64,000 bases of DNA from Girardia tigrina (lineage: Eukaryota). This document shows, one piece after another, positions 39,101 through 53,699 of the stretch (positions within the stretch are counted from its first letter, which is position 1; every line of letters begins with the position of its first letter). The position numbers and the translations under genes were made by a program. The notes beneath the pieces were generated by a model. The model saw nothing but the letters and a program-made list of their open reading frames with translations. It did not search any database and was not told the origin of the DNA. The stretch spans positions 3,123-67,122 of the forward strand of contig MQRK01242767.1 of assembly GCA_001938485.1 (NCBI GenBank), in the 5' to 3' direction.

Positions 39101-42100
39101 TGAACCTTTTAACAATTCAACCACAAACGGTTATTCATACCGAAAGCGACTCGGATGATGAACAAATGGAGTTAGACTCCCAACAATCATCAGCAACTGC
39201 AAAACAAAGAAAAATTCGCCAAGAATCATTTATTTGCTTTAAAAAACAAATTAAAATTCTGGGACGATGATCGCAAAAAAGGAGTTTTGTTGGAGCAGAT
39301 GCATAAAAACTTGAAAGCAATTCAAAAGCCGTTCAAAAGATTTGTTTCAACAGTGAAAGAGCACATCCGCGGAATCATATTGGGGGATGTCTCGGATCAC
39401 TATTTAGAACACAGTATCCAGAATCCATTGAAAGAACGAATGGCAGCAGAAGTCAGAAAGAGTATTGTACAGATACATGCCAGAAATGGCTACTTCTTGT
39501 CTCTAGTGCATGTACGTGTTTTATTTTATTCTAGTATTTAATTTTATGTATAAAAGTTCGCCCCAAAGAAGAGAAAAAAGAAAGATTAAAAGAAGACACA
39601 ATTATATAATAATTATTCAAAGAAATAAATCGATAAATCGATCGAACGGATTTAATAAACAGAGCGCTGAATTCTTTTGTCCAGTTTCTCCATGTTGTCC
39701 ACCAATTTCTCCTCCTCAATTATTTCATCCTCCGCGGATATTTATTCAATTCATCACCGCTATTGCTCCGCCTATTCCATCATTCCTTCAATTCGTAAAA
39801 TCCAGAAAAATAACTACGACATTAAATCGCTTCAATTAGCTCAGGTCCATTTTTAGTTCCTGCGGCATAAAGTAACTGACTATTGTGTTATTTTGATCAA
39901 GTGTTGTTCGCTTTGGTTATCAAATATATTTGTCTGATAAAACTACATTTATATATTTTTTTTCTTTATCTCTAATTTAGTGATAAAAGCGAGTCTATTG
40001 TCCAACTGTTTAATTGCTCAAATCTATAGACGCCTTTTTATCCACAAGGATAATCAGTAAATTCTTGACTAGCCACGAAGAACAAATGAGTCTTGTACGT
40101 TGCTTGATCAACTTAAAAATTATTGCTTGAAAATTTTGATTTTAAGTACCAGGGTCGCGATGACTGGACAAAGGAATTGTCAACACAAAGGTGTACAAGG
40201 TTGACTTCTTTACAAAATCAGCGTGCCTTCACCACAACAGGAGGGTTTCATAACCTTAAATTGGGAGACATGGTCAAATGCAAATGTTATGACATTTTTC
40301 GCATGATGCTCAGAATACATAACATATTGTCCAAGTTCAATGATGAATGGAAGATTCTCAAAGATAGGGTTCCCTATTTAATACCGAATTCAATTTTAGA
40401 AAAACTCTATCCGATAATTATAAGGCATATTTTGCATTTGGATTTTAATATTTGTCAAAAGATAAGTTTGGTTTTTTAGTTTATTCTTCACATTTCGATG
40501 TCGCTCTATCAAGGTGTTTTCCGAGAAATTGATCTTCTGGTGTGGCATGGCAGAATGGAAAACAAGTTAATAAAAAGTCTAGTGACAATTTAAGCGCAAT
40601 TTCCTTATGTTATTCGGTGCCCAAATATTAAAACGTTTATATCAGTATTTGACTATGATTAATTTTTTGTGACCGAACGAAAGGATATTTTTGAAAACTT
40701 TCTTCGGCAATATTGTTCTAAATTATTGCAGGAATCGATTGGTAAATGTTTCAAGACGAGATATAGGCCAAAAACTGCATTTTTTCGAGGTGTTTTGGCT
40801 TTTCCGGGAAATCCAGGAAGGAATTCCGGGAATTTTTTTGGCCCACTATCATCCTCCGAACTTGCTTAACATATTTGCTTTTGGAACTAGCCCTCGATAT
40901 TGCTTCGTTGAGGAGGAGATACGACTTAAAGCTGCGGACACACATCCATCCATCCATCCACACATAAATAACCAATTAATAATCGCAATTGTCAGTATGG
41001 AAATTGCGCTAAAAAGAAGAAAACAATGATCATAAATTGGAGGGAATTAGTCTTAGTAAAGAGTTGAGGAATTCTAAAAAATTAAGGTAATTGTCTCCTA
41101 TACGTTTAAATAATAATTCACAATTATTCTCAATTGGTTGGCAGGTCCTACGAAACCCCTTGAAGATGTAAAAACCCTTTGAAGTAAGGTGTTTTCAGTA
41201 AATTTTTTATTTGCTGAATTTTTAGACCTTGAAATTTAGAGTTCTTTAACCATTCTGTGTCCACTTTTTTGACCAAACAAATTTTATTTTAGACGCATTA
41301 ATAGCGCGTCATTTACCACAGACATCGCCATCTCGTTTGATATCATTCATGCATTGTCCATACTAATTTTAATGGCGAAAAAATTTTTAAAAAACCTTTA
41401 AACATTATTTTATATTATATATCACATATATTATTAAAACTACAGTTGAAATGTCTCAGAAAAAAACAGATCTTCTAAAATAACTTAGACATCATTTTTA
41501 CTTATTTGTATTTTCATAAAATTTAATTAAATTATAAAAATATTTTATTATTTAATTTAGATATTTATTGAATAAAAATGAAAATAATTAAAACAATAAT
41601 CAATTTTAATTTCGAATATTTCTAATTTTATCGTTAAAGTATGTCTGAGAGAATTTTATGGTTGAGAAAAGACGAATTCTCAAAGCTTACCGATGCGGAA
41701 AACTCATTGAGTTGCGTTTCGAGGGGGTCGGTATCGAGGGGAATCTGTCTCTAGCGGGATAACCACCGGAATGGGGTCCTGTGAACAGAGAATATTATTT
41801 GTATTATCATTATTGTGTAACTGCGACTAAGTAATTTCGATTTTATCAAAGAAAGAAAAAAGCGGCGCATTTATTTAAGAATTTGCCATTGTTACTTTTG
41901 TCTCTGAATGTTTTGAGGAAAATACTCAAAATTATTTTCGATATAAAATCAAATTTTCCTTTTTTATTTATATTTCCATTTCACAAAAGAAGAAATAAAG
42001 GAAGAATGGAAATTGTGATTGACCCATGCATCTCGAAACGCTAAGGAGAATTTCATGTTAACTCAATTACAGTTTAATCCGGGTAGAACTAAACACCGAT

Positions 42101-42375
42101 TCGTTCACAAGACAATTTTGGCTAGTAAGAACACAAATATGATCTCCAATACATTTACGGAAATAACGACTCAAATTGCAACTAGAACAATTCTCCGCAA
42201 AGCTTGCGTAGTTAAACATCGTTCATGATTGATAAATTAAAATTATATTTCTAAGCCTCTAATTATTTGAAATAATTTAAATTACAATTCCTTGAAAAAT
42301 TATTGATAAAATTTTTTTTTATTTTTAATACATTATCTATATTAAGAACATATATACAAGTCCCGTTTGAATTTT

Positions 42376-42824
42376 TGTTACAACCACATTATAATTCATT
42401 ATGGCTCTCAGAAACTCTGTCGTCGTTCCAATTGGTTTTCTTATTTCTGTTTTTAATCATGATTATTCAAACATTTTTTCTAAGTCATTTTTTTAAATAT
42501 TTTAATTAATATTAATTAAAAATAATAAATTTTACCATTTCTCAATAAATCCAAAAATAACAAAAATGTCATCAAATTATTAAAAATGCATTTAATTTAA
42601 ATTTTACCAAAAAATATTAAACTTAATTTTAATTCTGAAATTAAAGATATGAACTTATAAAATGATTATTTCAATTATGTTCAAATAGTCAATCACTTTA
42701 AATTTAATAAAAAAATACCAATTTTCATCTGGGTGGAGAATCGCCATTCTAAATTCAGCATACTTAAATCAACATACAACATCACTAGATTTACACATTC
42801 AAACAATTTAAAATATTCCTCACA
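42376..42824 (-). mobile_element. Family A-related solo LTR, old
   Basis: TGTGAGGAATATT start, CTCCACCCAGATG motif, GTTGTAACA end. Confidence 0.65.
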
Positions 42825-44699
42825 ATCTATGAATATATCTGTACGTTACAATCCACTATTAAAATATTTTAAATCACTTTCAAATAGATTTTATATATTT
42901 TGATTAAAATATTATTATGTATTTACATATATTAATATTTATTACTTAATTTTTAAGTTGATTAATTCGAATTTTTTATCTGGTACATGAAGCTAAAAAA
43001 ATAAATATTATTTTTGGAAAATTTTTGAAAATAGAAAATTTCATTTCAAAATAACGAAGAAAAGTTTTTTTTTAATTGAGTAATTTATTTGCAAAAAATA
43101 TCATCTGTTCACTGTTGCATCTCACATCTGAAAAGTGAAAGGATTTCATTAACCCTGGAAGTTTGAGCACCGCCAAACTTGCGTCGTTTAAAATAAAGCT
43201 GATTGATATTACTGCAGATTTCGACGTACATTTTAAGTCTCCTTATTTTCCTACTCATTGAAATTTGATTTTTCCCCTCTGCCAAACGTTTTCTTGCTGA
43301 TGATAATCTTTCAATCTCGGAAACGGCATATTTACTGTGGTTCACCTGAAGTCGTTCATCTCACATTCCAATCTATGACGAACAACTGAACACAAAAGCA
43401 ATATCTTTTGCAAAACAATTTGTAATTGAGGGAGTTTGACAATCATGGATTCAGAGTTAGGAACTTTGGGATAATATTTTATCTAGAGAGATTTGAGTAT
43501 TGGTCAATGATAACTTTGGTGACACCTAAAGCAAGCAACTATGTCACTAGTTCGACGCAATTTTTTTGTGATGACAAAAGTTATTTGTTCTGGTAAGTAA
43601 CTCCACACAACATTTTTACCTTGACAAATGATTATCTTCACAGAGAAAAGCATTATAAAGACGCATATCTATTCTTGATGATGCAAACATGGTAGGAAAA
43701 AAGTGATCATTGTTAGTAATAGAAAATTATTCGTTCAAGAGCATTTCGCAACCGGCATGTTCCAAACGAAGGAAAAAGGTAGCAAAAGAATAGGACTAGG
43801 AGCGGTGCTTTTTGGTGAGAATGTATTTAAACTTGATCTTCATTTGATATCGAAGAAAGTGTTCCAGCAACCCACAGATTCGAAATCTAATCTTTTGACT
43901 GCGACGTGGTACATATTCATAAAAGTTCCGAACGTAAAGAACTTTTATTAAGCAAGTTATTTCGATTATGATACCGTAAAGATTTCACATTAAATCTCCT
44001 TTTATCATTAAATGGACTCTCTAAGGATCGGTGGAGTGTCTCCAAGAACACAAAACTAAACTGCTTTCATTGACCTGAATTTACTGCTTTACTGACGGCT
44101 AGTGTCGACCTGACTCAATCATCGCCATCATGAGAAAAACTTGGTAGTATTTTTGAACTTATCTTTCATTTATTCAGTTTTCAAAATCATATGAGTAATA
44201 ATGACTTCATCTATGTATATTACGACGTCCTAATATCTGACGAAGGAAGAAAACGAAGAATATGGTGGTCAGGACGCAGAGGAGAAGTTGATAGCGAAGT
44301 TTTTGAGGTTTTTCAAAGTCCATTAGAAGCCATCAATATGGTAGAAATGTCCATTGACTCTTCATCAGTACATAAATTCTTTAACTAATTTCCGTGTGTA
44401 GATAAACTCTATTCTGTTCTTACAAACATTGTCATGTCATTTGTGAACCATAAAACTCTTCGTTACTATGTTAAATAAAATATTAAAATGTTTATAAAAG
44501 CGTGAATTTTGAAAAATTAAAACCCGTCTTTTTTAATAATACAAAATAAATATTTAAAACAAAATGACAATAAAAGTAATAAACAATTTTTATATTAAAA
44601 AATCTATTTAAGAAAACGATAAATATTTGTAAATTTGACAAGGGAAATTCGAAAGGGGAAGTAACATTGCAGGACATAGAAGACATTGTAAAGGAGACA

Positions 44700-44940
44700 A
44701 AAATTCACAACACGTTAAAATTCTATCCACTAAATTAATGAATTATTGGGAAAGAGACTCGTGTGAAGCGTTAAATGTAAGATCTTTGGATCCTAAAATT
44801 AACGCTTAAGCTGTACTCTGATGACATGTTGATTACATAATCATTAACTACACTATATAAGGTGATTTTGCTTGAAGAATCATTTGTTCTGACGATGACG
44901 GTTAAACCGTCGAAATTAATAAACTTTAGGTGGCTTCAGA
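44700..44940 (+). mobile_element. Penelope-like 3' fragment/pLTR
   Basis: NYWERDSCEALNVRSLDPKIN, followed by TATATAA and a hammerhead. Confidence 0.8.
44886..44924 (+). ncRNA. Minimal type I hammerhead ribozyme
   Basis: GUU-CUGACGA-U-GACGG(UUAAA)CCGUC-GAAA-UUAA-UA-AAC. Confidence 0.87.
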
Positions 44941-47369
44941 ATTTTTAATTGGATAAATTGCCAATTTTATTTAAATTTATTCACAAAATGTTGTTTTTGA
45001 TTTTCTGTAATTCTGTTTGAATTTCAATGTTTGTGCATTTTTATGCTATACAGAAGCCTTCGTTAGAACAGTATTCGTATGTCATACAGCTGATGTATTG
45101 TTGTACGTATTAAATCCGCTAGATCGTTTACTCAGAGATATCGAATATTACGATTATTTCCATTTTTTATTAACTTACTTTCTATATAGGTATATAATTA
45201 TATCCAAAGAATCGATTATTAATTGTTTCAAAAATGCATTTTCCAAAAAAGAAGAAACCAACCAAAATATGAAAATTCATATGCTTGAGTAAGATATAGA
45301 GGACGTTATTGTTGAGGTTTATGAAGAAAATTTATCAGAACCACTGGAGGATACCGGAACAACTGAAATTTGGGAAAAAGTTCGTTATGATAAACTAAAG
45401 CTGGGATGGAAAAAACTTAAAGAATTGGAAAATGTTATTGAATACCTTTTGATGTTCAAAAAGAATACATCAAGTTTAGAATGCAATTTACTAATTTTTT
45501 ATGGAAGGAATTTAAATTTGGGAAAACAATAACTGATTATTTTAAAAAATTGGAATAAATTTTATTTAGTTTTTCGATGTTTTTTGAATTTTTTGGGTGT
45601 TTTTTTGGTTTTTGGGGCAAAATTTAATATTTTTTGTCCCAAAACCGAGAGTGGACTGTATATATATATATATATATACATGGAATTTAGAAACCTGTTT
45701 TTGAAGGTCTTTTACTCAACCGATTTTCTTCAAACATTGTACACTCACTCATTCTCGATGACAATAAATGATTATATAAAAATTTGATCGAAAAAAACTT
45801 TTTAAGATCCCAAAATGGGAAAGAAACGGAAAATTTGGAGTTTCCAAACAATATTAAATGCATGATATCTATTTATAAATTATAAGTAGTTTATATTGAT
45901 TTTTTGTTTTTTTAATTTAAAATTTTTTAAATCTTAAATTTTCATATTTTAAAAACCTTGTTGGCAAGGTAGAGTTCTGTCTGCATACAGAATGGATATA
46001 AAAATTTTAATTTTGTTGATTTACTAGTTTTTCCATGTAGTTAGCAATTAGTTTCATGTGAACAACAACATATTTGAAGAGCGTTGTTTAGCGTTTAACA
46101 TTATTATTTGTGTTGATTTGCTGATGTAAATGTTATATCATAGAACATTATCCTTATAGAGATCTGAAAACGAAATATCTCATAAATCTCATGAACTCGT
46201 GGACAAAATAGCAATTTTGATTGAGGATTCTAATTTTCGATAATTCCATTATTTTCCAAATGGAATTCAATATATCGATTTCAAATTTTTAGTTCAATTT
46301 TATTTCAATTATTTTATGTTACTCATGTTGTCGTTGTCTGGCAACTGGGATTTAGGATTAGGGTTTCAGCAATTCAGTTGGGCTAAAGAAATGTTGCTTG
46401 TAGACAATATGTTTGACACCAAAGATGTACACGAATATGCTATTTTCTTGAAGGTATACAATGTAGGTGAGCCACATTTACGAAACAGACTGAAAAAAAG
46501 ATTCTGTCACAAATGTCTTCAGTCAAAGCCCCTCACCATCTTGCAGAAAAAAACCAATTCTATTTAATTTTCAGAATATTTCTCAAAAGCAAAAGTCTGC
46601 CAAATGTAAAGTCATAAATAAAACAATTTGTTGTGCTGAAAGAAAAGAGACAATTGAATGCATTTACAAAGAGTCCGACAGATTCAGAAAGAATGAAAGA
46701 GAAACTTCATAGCATTTTCTGTTTGCGGATACCGCATTTTTAATTGCGATGGATTCCGTGATTCTTTTTGTCTTTTATTCATCGACTGTCACAAATTTAT
46801 CCGTCATAAAATATAAAATGTCGTAACAATTCCTGATAAATGATTATACAAATATTTTATGTCTAATTAAAATAATTTTGAAACAATATTTAATTAAAAT
46901 TAATTTAAAAATTATAAAAATATTTAATTAAAAAATGTTAATTTAATTTAAGAAAAATAATTTAAAACGATTTTTGTCACTAAAACTATGTTTTAATTTT
47001 AAAATAAAATTGATTTTATTTATTGAATATTTTAAATTAGTATTTTTTTCTTATTTTTTGAAAATAAATAAAATTATTTTTTATTAAGTAATAATTTAAC
47101 ATATTTTTAAAAATTATTAATTATAAATATTTATCAAAAAATATTTTTGTAATAATTTTTTGGCCTAATATTATAATAAGATGATTTCATAAACTTTTAA
47201 TAAAGAATATTTTCACAATATTTATTAATTTGCTTTTAAAATTTACTTATTTTATTTAACTTACATTAACAAAATAATATGAATTTAATTTGAACATTTT
47301 GGATCCATTATTTTAGTATTATTGTAATATTAGGATAATATAAATAGCATTACGTTAGTTGCTTTCTGA

Positions 47370-47600
47370 TTTTCGGAGTCACGTGGTCGTATGTGGTCTT
47401 TATTAAGAACACCAATTGATTTTTAATATTTTTATCATTGCAACAAGTTTGATTGTCCAAAGGACAATCTTTGTCAAAGCTTTCAATATATTGCATCAAT
47501 CTATTAATTAATGACTTTAATCTCATTATCTGAGCAAATGGAAATTTAAATAAATTTTAAAATATTTACTCAAAATTTTATTGGTTAAAAATAAAAATAA
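47370..47600 (-). mobile_element. 3' half of a family A LTR plus the start of gag
   Basis: Matches 54190-54377, then CACGTGACTCCGAA as in the gag start at ~34790. Confidence 0.75.
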
Positions 47601-47649
47601 GTTAATATGGAAGTAAATAAACTAACATGGTCAGTAAAATAAAAATTAA

Positions 47650-48996
47650 ATTGACTGAATATTAATAGTTTAGTAAATAAATAACCAATTAATCAGTAAA
47701 AAACTTTATCTCTTAACTTCCGCGAATAAATCTAAATTAAGAGATAGTAAATTAATATATTTAAATTTATACTAATTAACCTATTAATATTAAGCCAATG
47801 AATACCTTTCAAGTTGAAGATTATCAAAACGATGAATAAACCGACATTGAGAGGCAAGAAGATAACATTGAACAAAAAAAGAAGACAAAGGCAAATATTA
47901 CGTACAACAACGAAGAAGCTATCAAAGCATTTCATTGGGTACACTCTGCGGACGTATGCACCAGAACAGAAGTTACGATGGACGAAAAGTCTACTTCGTT
48001 GCAAGAAGATTTAAAAGCGCAATGAAAAACAATGTTAATCCAAATTGTACTTATTGACGTTACAGTTTTCAAACTATAGCTGAACATGGCGAGTGCACCA
48101 AAATTCATGAATTGAGCGAAAAAATCAAGAAGCAAATATTACAAATTTTTGATGATTGTATCACGAAACCAAAGCAGATTATTTATGCATTACAATAAAA
48201 AATAGAAGTATCAAAAAAGAAACAATTACCTTTCTCAATATAAGAAGTAAAAATATGGTGATTCATCAATTAACATAATGATGTGAAGATCACTCAACGA
48301 TTCTAGCCAATGAGAATGAAGCTTTTGTTATCAACTATAATATTGTATATCAAGATGAAATTGACGAGGACGACGATGAATATGATCAAAATGTTTTTAG
48401 ATTTTTTTGTGTCAACCAAACTTCTTCTGAACATCGCTTTGCAAGCAAAACATATCAACCAAGATGCAACATACAAATTGGTATGGCATGAGTTTCCAAT
48501 ATTGATTAATATGATCCAATATATGATAACTCAAACATTTGAGTTCATTTTCCAAAGCTTGTAAATTGGTTTACACAAAGTAAACAAGGCTCTTTTTGGA
48601 CGGATAGCACTTCTACCATTAATGGCAAACTATTTGCCTCAGAACTTACTATATCTTTGAAACTATAGTCTAAGTCTTACCAATGGTCAAATCTTCAAAA
48701 GATATCATTGGTGAAGATATAGGTGCAAGACGAATGTAATACAATTTAAAAATTCTTTTAGCATTTGGCGAATAGAAGAAGTTACCAATTTGCATCTGTA
48801 AACAACAGATAAAAACGTTCCTTTAGGCGAAAAAAGAAACGAGGAAGGAACTCAAAAGTAATAATTACTCTTATTTACTCTTTATTACTCTTTTTTATTC
48901 GCTTTTTATTAATATTACATCTTTGTATACTGCTTGATTAAGTTTGTTTACTGATTAATTGGTTATTTATTTATAAAACTAATTATATTAAGCCTG
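47650..48996 (+). mobile_element. Decayed MULE-like transposon inserted in an LTR
   Basis: Inverted AAATAAATAACCAATTAATCAGTAAA at both ends; DATYKLVWHEFPILI motif. Confidence 0.7.
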
Positions 48997-51220
48997 TAAA
49001 AAATATTAATTCAGTTTATTTATTTAAAAATTGTAAATAAAATTAATTAACTTATTTAAAATTTTACAGTTATTTTAAATTAGATATAAATTTAAACATT
49101 ACATATTTTTAGATAATAAGAATCAAAATATTAATTTTCTGTGTAGGAGAGGCACAATTCCAAATCAACATACAACATTCAAACTCAAAACATCAAACAT
49201 TCAAAATATTCCTCACATTCTCCTCGATTTAAATGGCTTTACTCATTCAACATTTCAAATAAAACTTCTTCCATCTTCAAGCTGTAACTCGTAGCTTCTT
49301 TCATGGTTTCTTTTCACCACTGTTGCGGAACCCATGTAACGGTCATCTTCTGTTGAGACATTTTCCTTCTTAATCAATACTTTCTTTCCGACTTCAAAAA
49401 TTCTTCTTGTCTCTATTTTTAGCGTCCATTTTATTGTTTTGCCTTTACTAATATCATTGATTTTCGGTTTTTTTTTCATTATTGTTCTTTTGCCATTTAA
49501 AGCCATCTGATTCTTCGCCTAATGCCAGAATTCTTGTTTTAATCTTTCCTTTCTTGGACTCTTCATGCATTGTTTGACACAGATTGCACAATTTGCACGA
49601 ATTTCTTGACATTGCATCAGCATTTGAATGTTTTTTACCTTTTCGTTATTCCATTTTCATGTCAAGACTACTCAGAAAATTTATCCATGTTTGAGACTGT
49701 GGTGTGATAGGGTTCTTTGTAGTCATCATAAACGTAATAACTTTATGATCTGTTCGCAACAAAAATCTTTTTCCATACAATGTTTAAAATACTGTGGGAA
49801 ATAAGAAATTGCAAATAGTTCATTTCCTGTAATACAATATCCAAGTTCATGTTTATTCATTTTGTATGATCCATACGCAATCACCCTTTCTCTTCCACAT
49901 CCGGCTTTCTGTGATAACACCGCCCCTATCGTATCAAAACTTGCATCTGTATCAAGTATAAAGTCTTTGGCGAAATCAGATATGCCAAAATCGGGGTTTT
50001 AATTATTCTTTCCTTTAGTTTTTGAAAAACTCCATCACATTCTTTAGTCCAAATCAGTTTCTTATCCTTATTTTTACCATATAAACCTTCCAATACTTTT
50101 GCATATCTTGCGTAATCCTTTATAAATTTTCTGTAGTAATTTGTCAAGTAATGGCTCTGTAAATGGGAAATGCATGATGGGCTTTGAAACTTGCTTATCG
50201 CGTCAATCTTTGATTTATCTGTTTCAATACCATCTCTACTTATGATATATCCCAACAATTAAGTCTTTTCTACATAAAATTGACATTTCTCCGGATTTAT
50301 TCTTGGATTATTCTCTAATCTGATTGTTTAATCTTCTCAAATACGTTATTTACTCTTTGAATATGTTCCTTCTTATCTTTTTCTAAAAATCAATATATCA
50401 TCCAAATATACGACTGCTTCTTTCCAATTCAAATCTCTCAAAACTTTCGCCATTAGCTCCTGAAAAGTTGCTGGGGCCGCAGCAATTCCAAAAGGCATTC
50501 TCTTGAAACAGTATTGGCCGTACTTTGTTGAGAATACCGTCTTAATCTTTGACTCATCTTCTAATTCTACTTGATGGTAAGCGTTTCCCAAATCGATTGT
50601 ACTAAAGTATTTTGCCCCATTTAGTGTATTCAACATATCGTCTACATTTGGCATTGGAAACGCTGGTTGGACGGTTATTTTATTTAACTGACGAAAATCT
50701 ACACACACTCGAATATCTTGCTTTTCATTCTTTCAAACACATACCAAGGGAATGTTCCAAGGAGAACTACAATTTTTGATAATATAATTTTCTTCAAAGT
50801 GTTTTATAATATCATCTAGTTTCTCTTCAAAATGTTTCGGTTTTCTCTACGGTTTTACCAGTACTGGTTCTCCATGCGTTTCTATCTTGTGTTTGGTTAA
50901 CGAAGTTTTTCCAATATCCCATTTATCTGCCATTAATATTGATCTGTACTTTGTTAAAAGTTCCATTAGCTCATTTTCACTTGTAGTATTGTACAATTCT
51001 CTTATTCTTTTCAATCTATCTTCATCAGAAGGGCTATCTATAATAGCCAATATGCTATCGATATTTGATGCTTCTTTCTTCAGTTTTATTCCAAATTTAT
51101 CCAGAAAATCTATACCAGCAATCATTTCCGGATCTATTTCTTTGACAACATAAAACTCTATTGTTTTCTCTACCCTTTCTATTATCACATTTAATTGTAC
51201 AGTCCCATAGTTTACAAGTT
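48997..51220 (-). mobile_element. Family A pol relic (PR end, RT, RH; integrase core deleted), PPT and first half of the 3' LTR (48997-49217)
   Basis: CVDFRQLN, FKRMPFGI, YLDD, ERVIAYGS, EVGKKVLIK..RSYEL; PPT GAGGAGAA followed by TGTGAGG. Confidence 0.93.
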
Positions 51221-51387
51221 AAAATGTGAGTTTTGTAATTCTAATACTTCAGAAAATCAAGGATCTTGCGAGTTAACGACATAAATAGAAAGAAAACTTA
51301 TTTAAATGATATTATTAAGGAGCAAAATAGTTATTTGACAAGAATACTTCAATGAGTCGGATATATCTCTAGCGCGGTTATATAATA

Positions 51388-52010
51388 CTAGCGCGCTCGG
51401 CCCGCTTCGCGTCCCTCTCTTGCCGGGGGTTCAATTTTTTTTATATTATAAAAGCCCAAGTCACTCACTGCCTGCCTCACTGCCTCACTAATGCTGTAAG
51501 GTAAATTTTTGAAATAATAACAGAATTTTTCNNNNNNNNNNNNNNNNNNNNNNNNNNNNNNNNNNNNNNNNNNNNNNNNNNNNNNNNNNNNNNNNNNNNN
51601 NNNNNNNNNNNNNNNNNNNNNNNNNNNNNNNNNNNNNNNNNNNNNNNNNNNNNNNNNNNNNNNNNNNNNNNNNNNNNNNNNNNNNNNNNNNNNNNNNNNN
51701 NNNNNNNNNNNNNNNNNNNNNNNNNNNNNNNNNNNNNNNNNNNNNNNNNNNNNNNNNNNNNNNNNNNNNNNNNNNNNNNNNNNNNNNNNNNNNNNNNNNN
51801 NNNNNNNNNNNNNNNNNNNNNNNNNNNNNNNNNNNNNNNNNNNNNNNNNNNNNNNNNNNNNNNNNNNNNNNNNNNNNNNNNNNNNNNNNNNNNNNAATTA
51901 ATATTTTTTCACATTTATTTTTCAACAAATAATACTATTATTACGTCAACAATTATTACGTCAGCGTTAGTGAAGCAGGCAGTGAGTGACTTGGGCTTTT
52001 ATAATATAGA
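51388..52010 (-). mobile_element. Non-autonomous Helitron-like element (spans an N gap)
   Basis: 5' end A|TCTATATTATAAAAG; GC-rich 3' end GCGAAGCGGGCCGAGCGCGCTAG|T; an inverted copy of the 5' end at ~51442-51500. Confidence 0.65.
51532..51895. other. Assembly gap
   Basis: N run. Confidence 1.
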
Positions 52011-52611
52011 TTATTGGTAAATTAAGATTTACAGAGGAAAAACATAGAAATAAAATTAGGTTGAAAGATACAATTGCAATTCAAAATAAACAGTTTCTAG
52101 AATTCTTCGTCGTTATGCATCCTTGACACAAGAAGAGTTGTTTCAAGATTTAAGAATAAAAAATGTTTGAAAAGAATGAAATATTCAGGAAAACAATTGA
52201 TTTAAGTTTCAAAGGAGAGAGTTTCGGGGTTTTTTTTAGTGTATGACAAACTAAGTTATGTCTGATCACTTATTTCCTTACAAAAAAGTTGGTCTTTCTC
52301 GAACCAAACAAAAAATTATTACTCTTTTACAAAGAAATTAAAGATTTGTAATTGAAAGACTTAATGCAATAAATATTGGTCATCGACTCATACCCCTTCA
52401 TTCTCCTTCATTCGGTCTATACTCAAATACCAAAGCGTTAATGCGTAATACCGTATTACTTCGATTTAACGCTGTGTTGTTTATTTCAAATGCTGATTAG
52501 AAGATGCGGCGTTAAATCGAGGTTGGGATTATTTTATTAAAATTAGAAAAAATTAAAATTAAAAAGTTTTAGACTAAAATATTACACTATTTCTATTTTA
52601 AATTTTTATTT

Positions 52612-52649
52612 GAAAACATATTTCGCAACTTTTGTGATCTCTTCAGTTC
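52612..52649 (-). ncRNA. Decayed hammerhead in a pLTR remnant, same family as 22459
   Basis: GAA-CUGAAGA-GAUCAC(AAAA)GUUGC-GAAA-UAUG-UU-UUC; flanks match 22430-22510. Confidence 0.65.
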
Positions 52650-53699
52650 TGTATTTAAGTAAAAAGTTATTGTTTATATCATGGGTGGGCACACTTAAAA
52701 CTTGTATGATCGACCAGGATTTTTATTACTTAACTGCCATCGACTCTTTCAGAAATGAGAAAACATAACAGAGTATGTTTATTAATTTTATTATAAAATT
52801 ACATACTTATTGTGCAATATAATTGTTATTAATTTTTGGATGTTGATGCATGACATTTCATCGCAAAGTCTTGTAAAGTTAGGTTTGTATTCACGGATAC
52901 ACATTCTGATAGACACAATCAAGTGGTTTTCGATCAGAAAACTTCTAAGTTGCGATTTGATTATTTTTATTTACACAAATGTTGATTGGAATAAATAAAT
53001 TGAACCATAGGTGCCCTCAGGATTTTTACCAGGGGGGGGGGCAAAAAACTTTGCTGGGGTAGAATTTTTCTAGGGGGGCAAAATTTAAAAGTTCTGGGTA
53101 GATAGTGTTTTGAAAATAGCAATTTATTAAATTATTCAATTTTGTTCTCATCAAATTCAAAATTATAAAGAAATCACATTAATAAACAACAACATGCACA
53201 ATAAGCAATATTACAAAGAAAATATTCAAATTGGTTGTTATCAGAACAGGCATATTTTTTCAAAGATATTTGCCATAGGATATGGTTCCTTAATAAGTTT
53301 TTGTACACCATTTATTTTTCCGCCCATCAGAGAGTAAAAATCTTTATGAAAATAACCTTTAATTCCTTGTTATTCATTTATTTGATTGTTTTGCAATGTT
53401 TTGAATTCTCTTATAAAAAGAAGTCGAATTGTTAAAAAGTTCGAAAACAGTGATTTTTCCAAATGCAATTTCAAATTCTCAATCAAGCTGCATTATTGAT
53501 CATTAACAACAAATAAATGTTAAATCGATTTTTTTAACTCAGTAGTCTCTTTTGTAATAATATTTTCAAATCGGTTTCATTATTTGTTGGGAGTTGAATA
53601 ATAAACATTAACTAGATAATATAATAATTTATTTTTTACTTATCTTAGTCATAAAACTGTGTTCACCCAATACATATTATTCGGTTAGCACAGTTTTAA

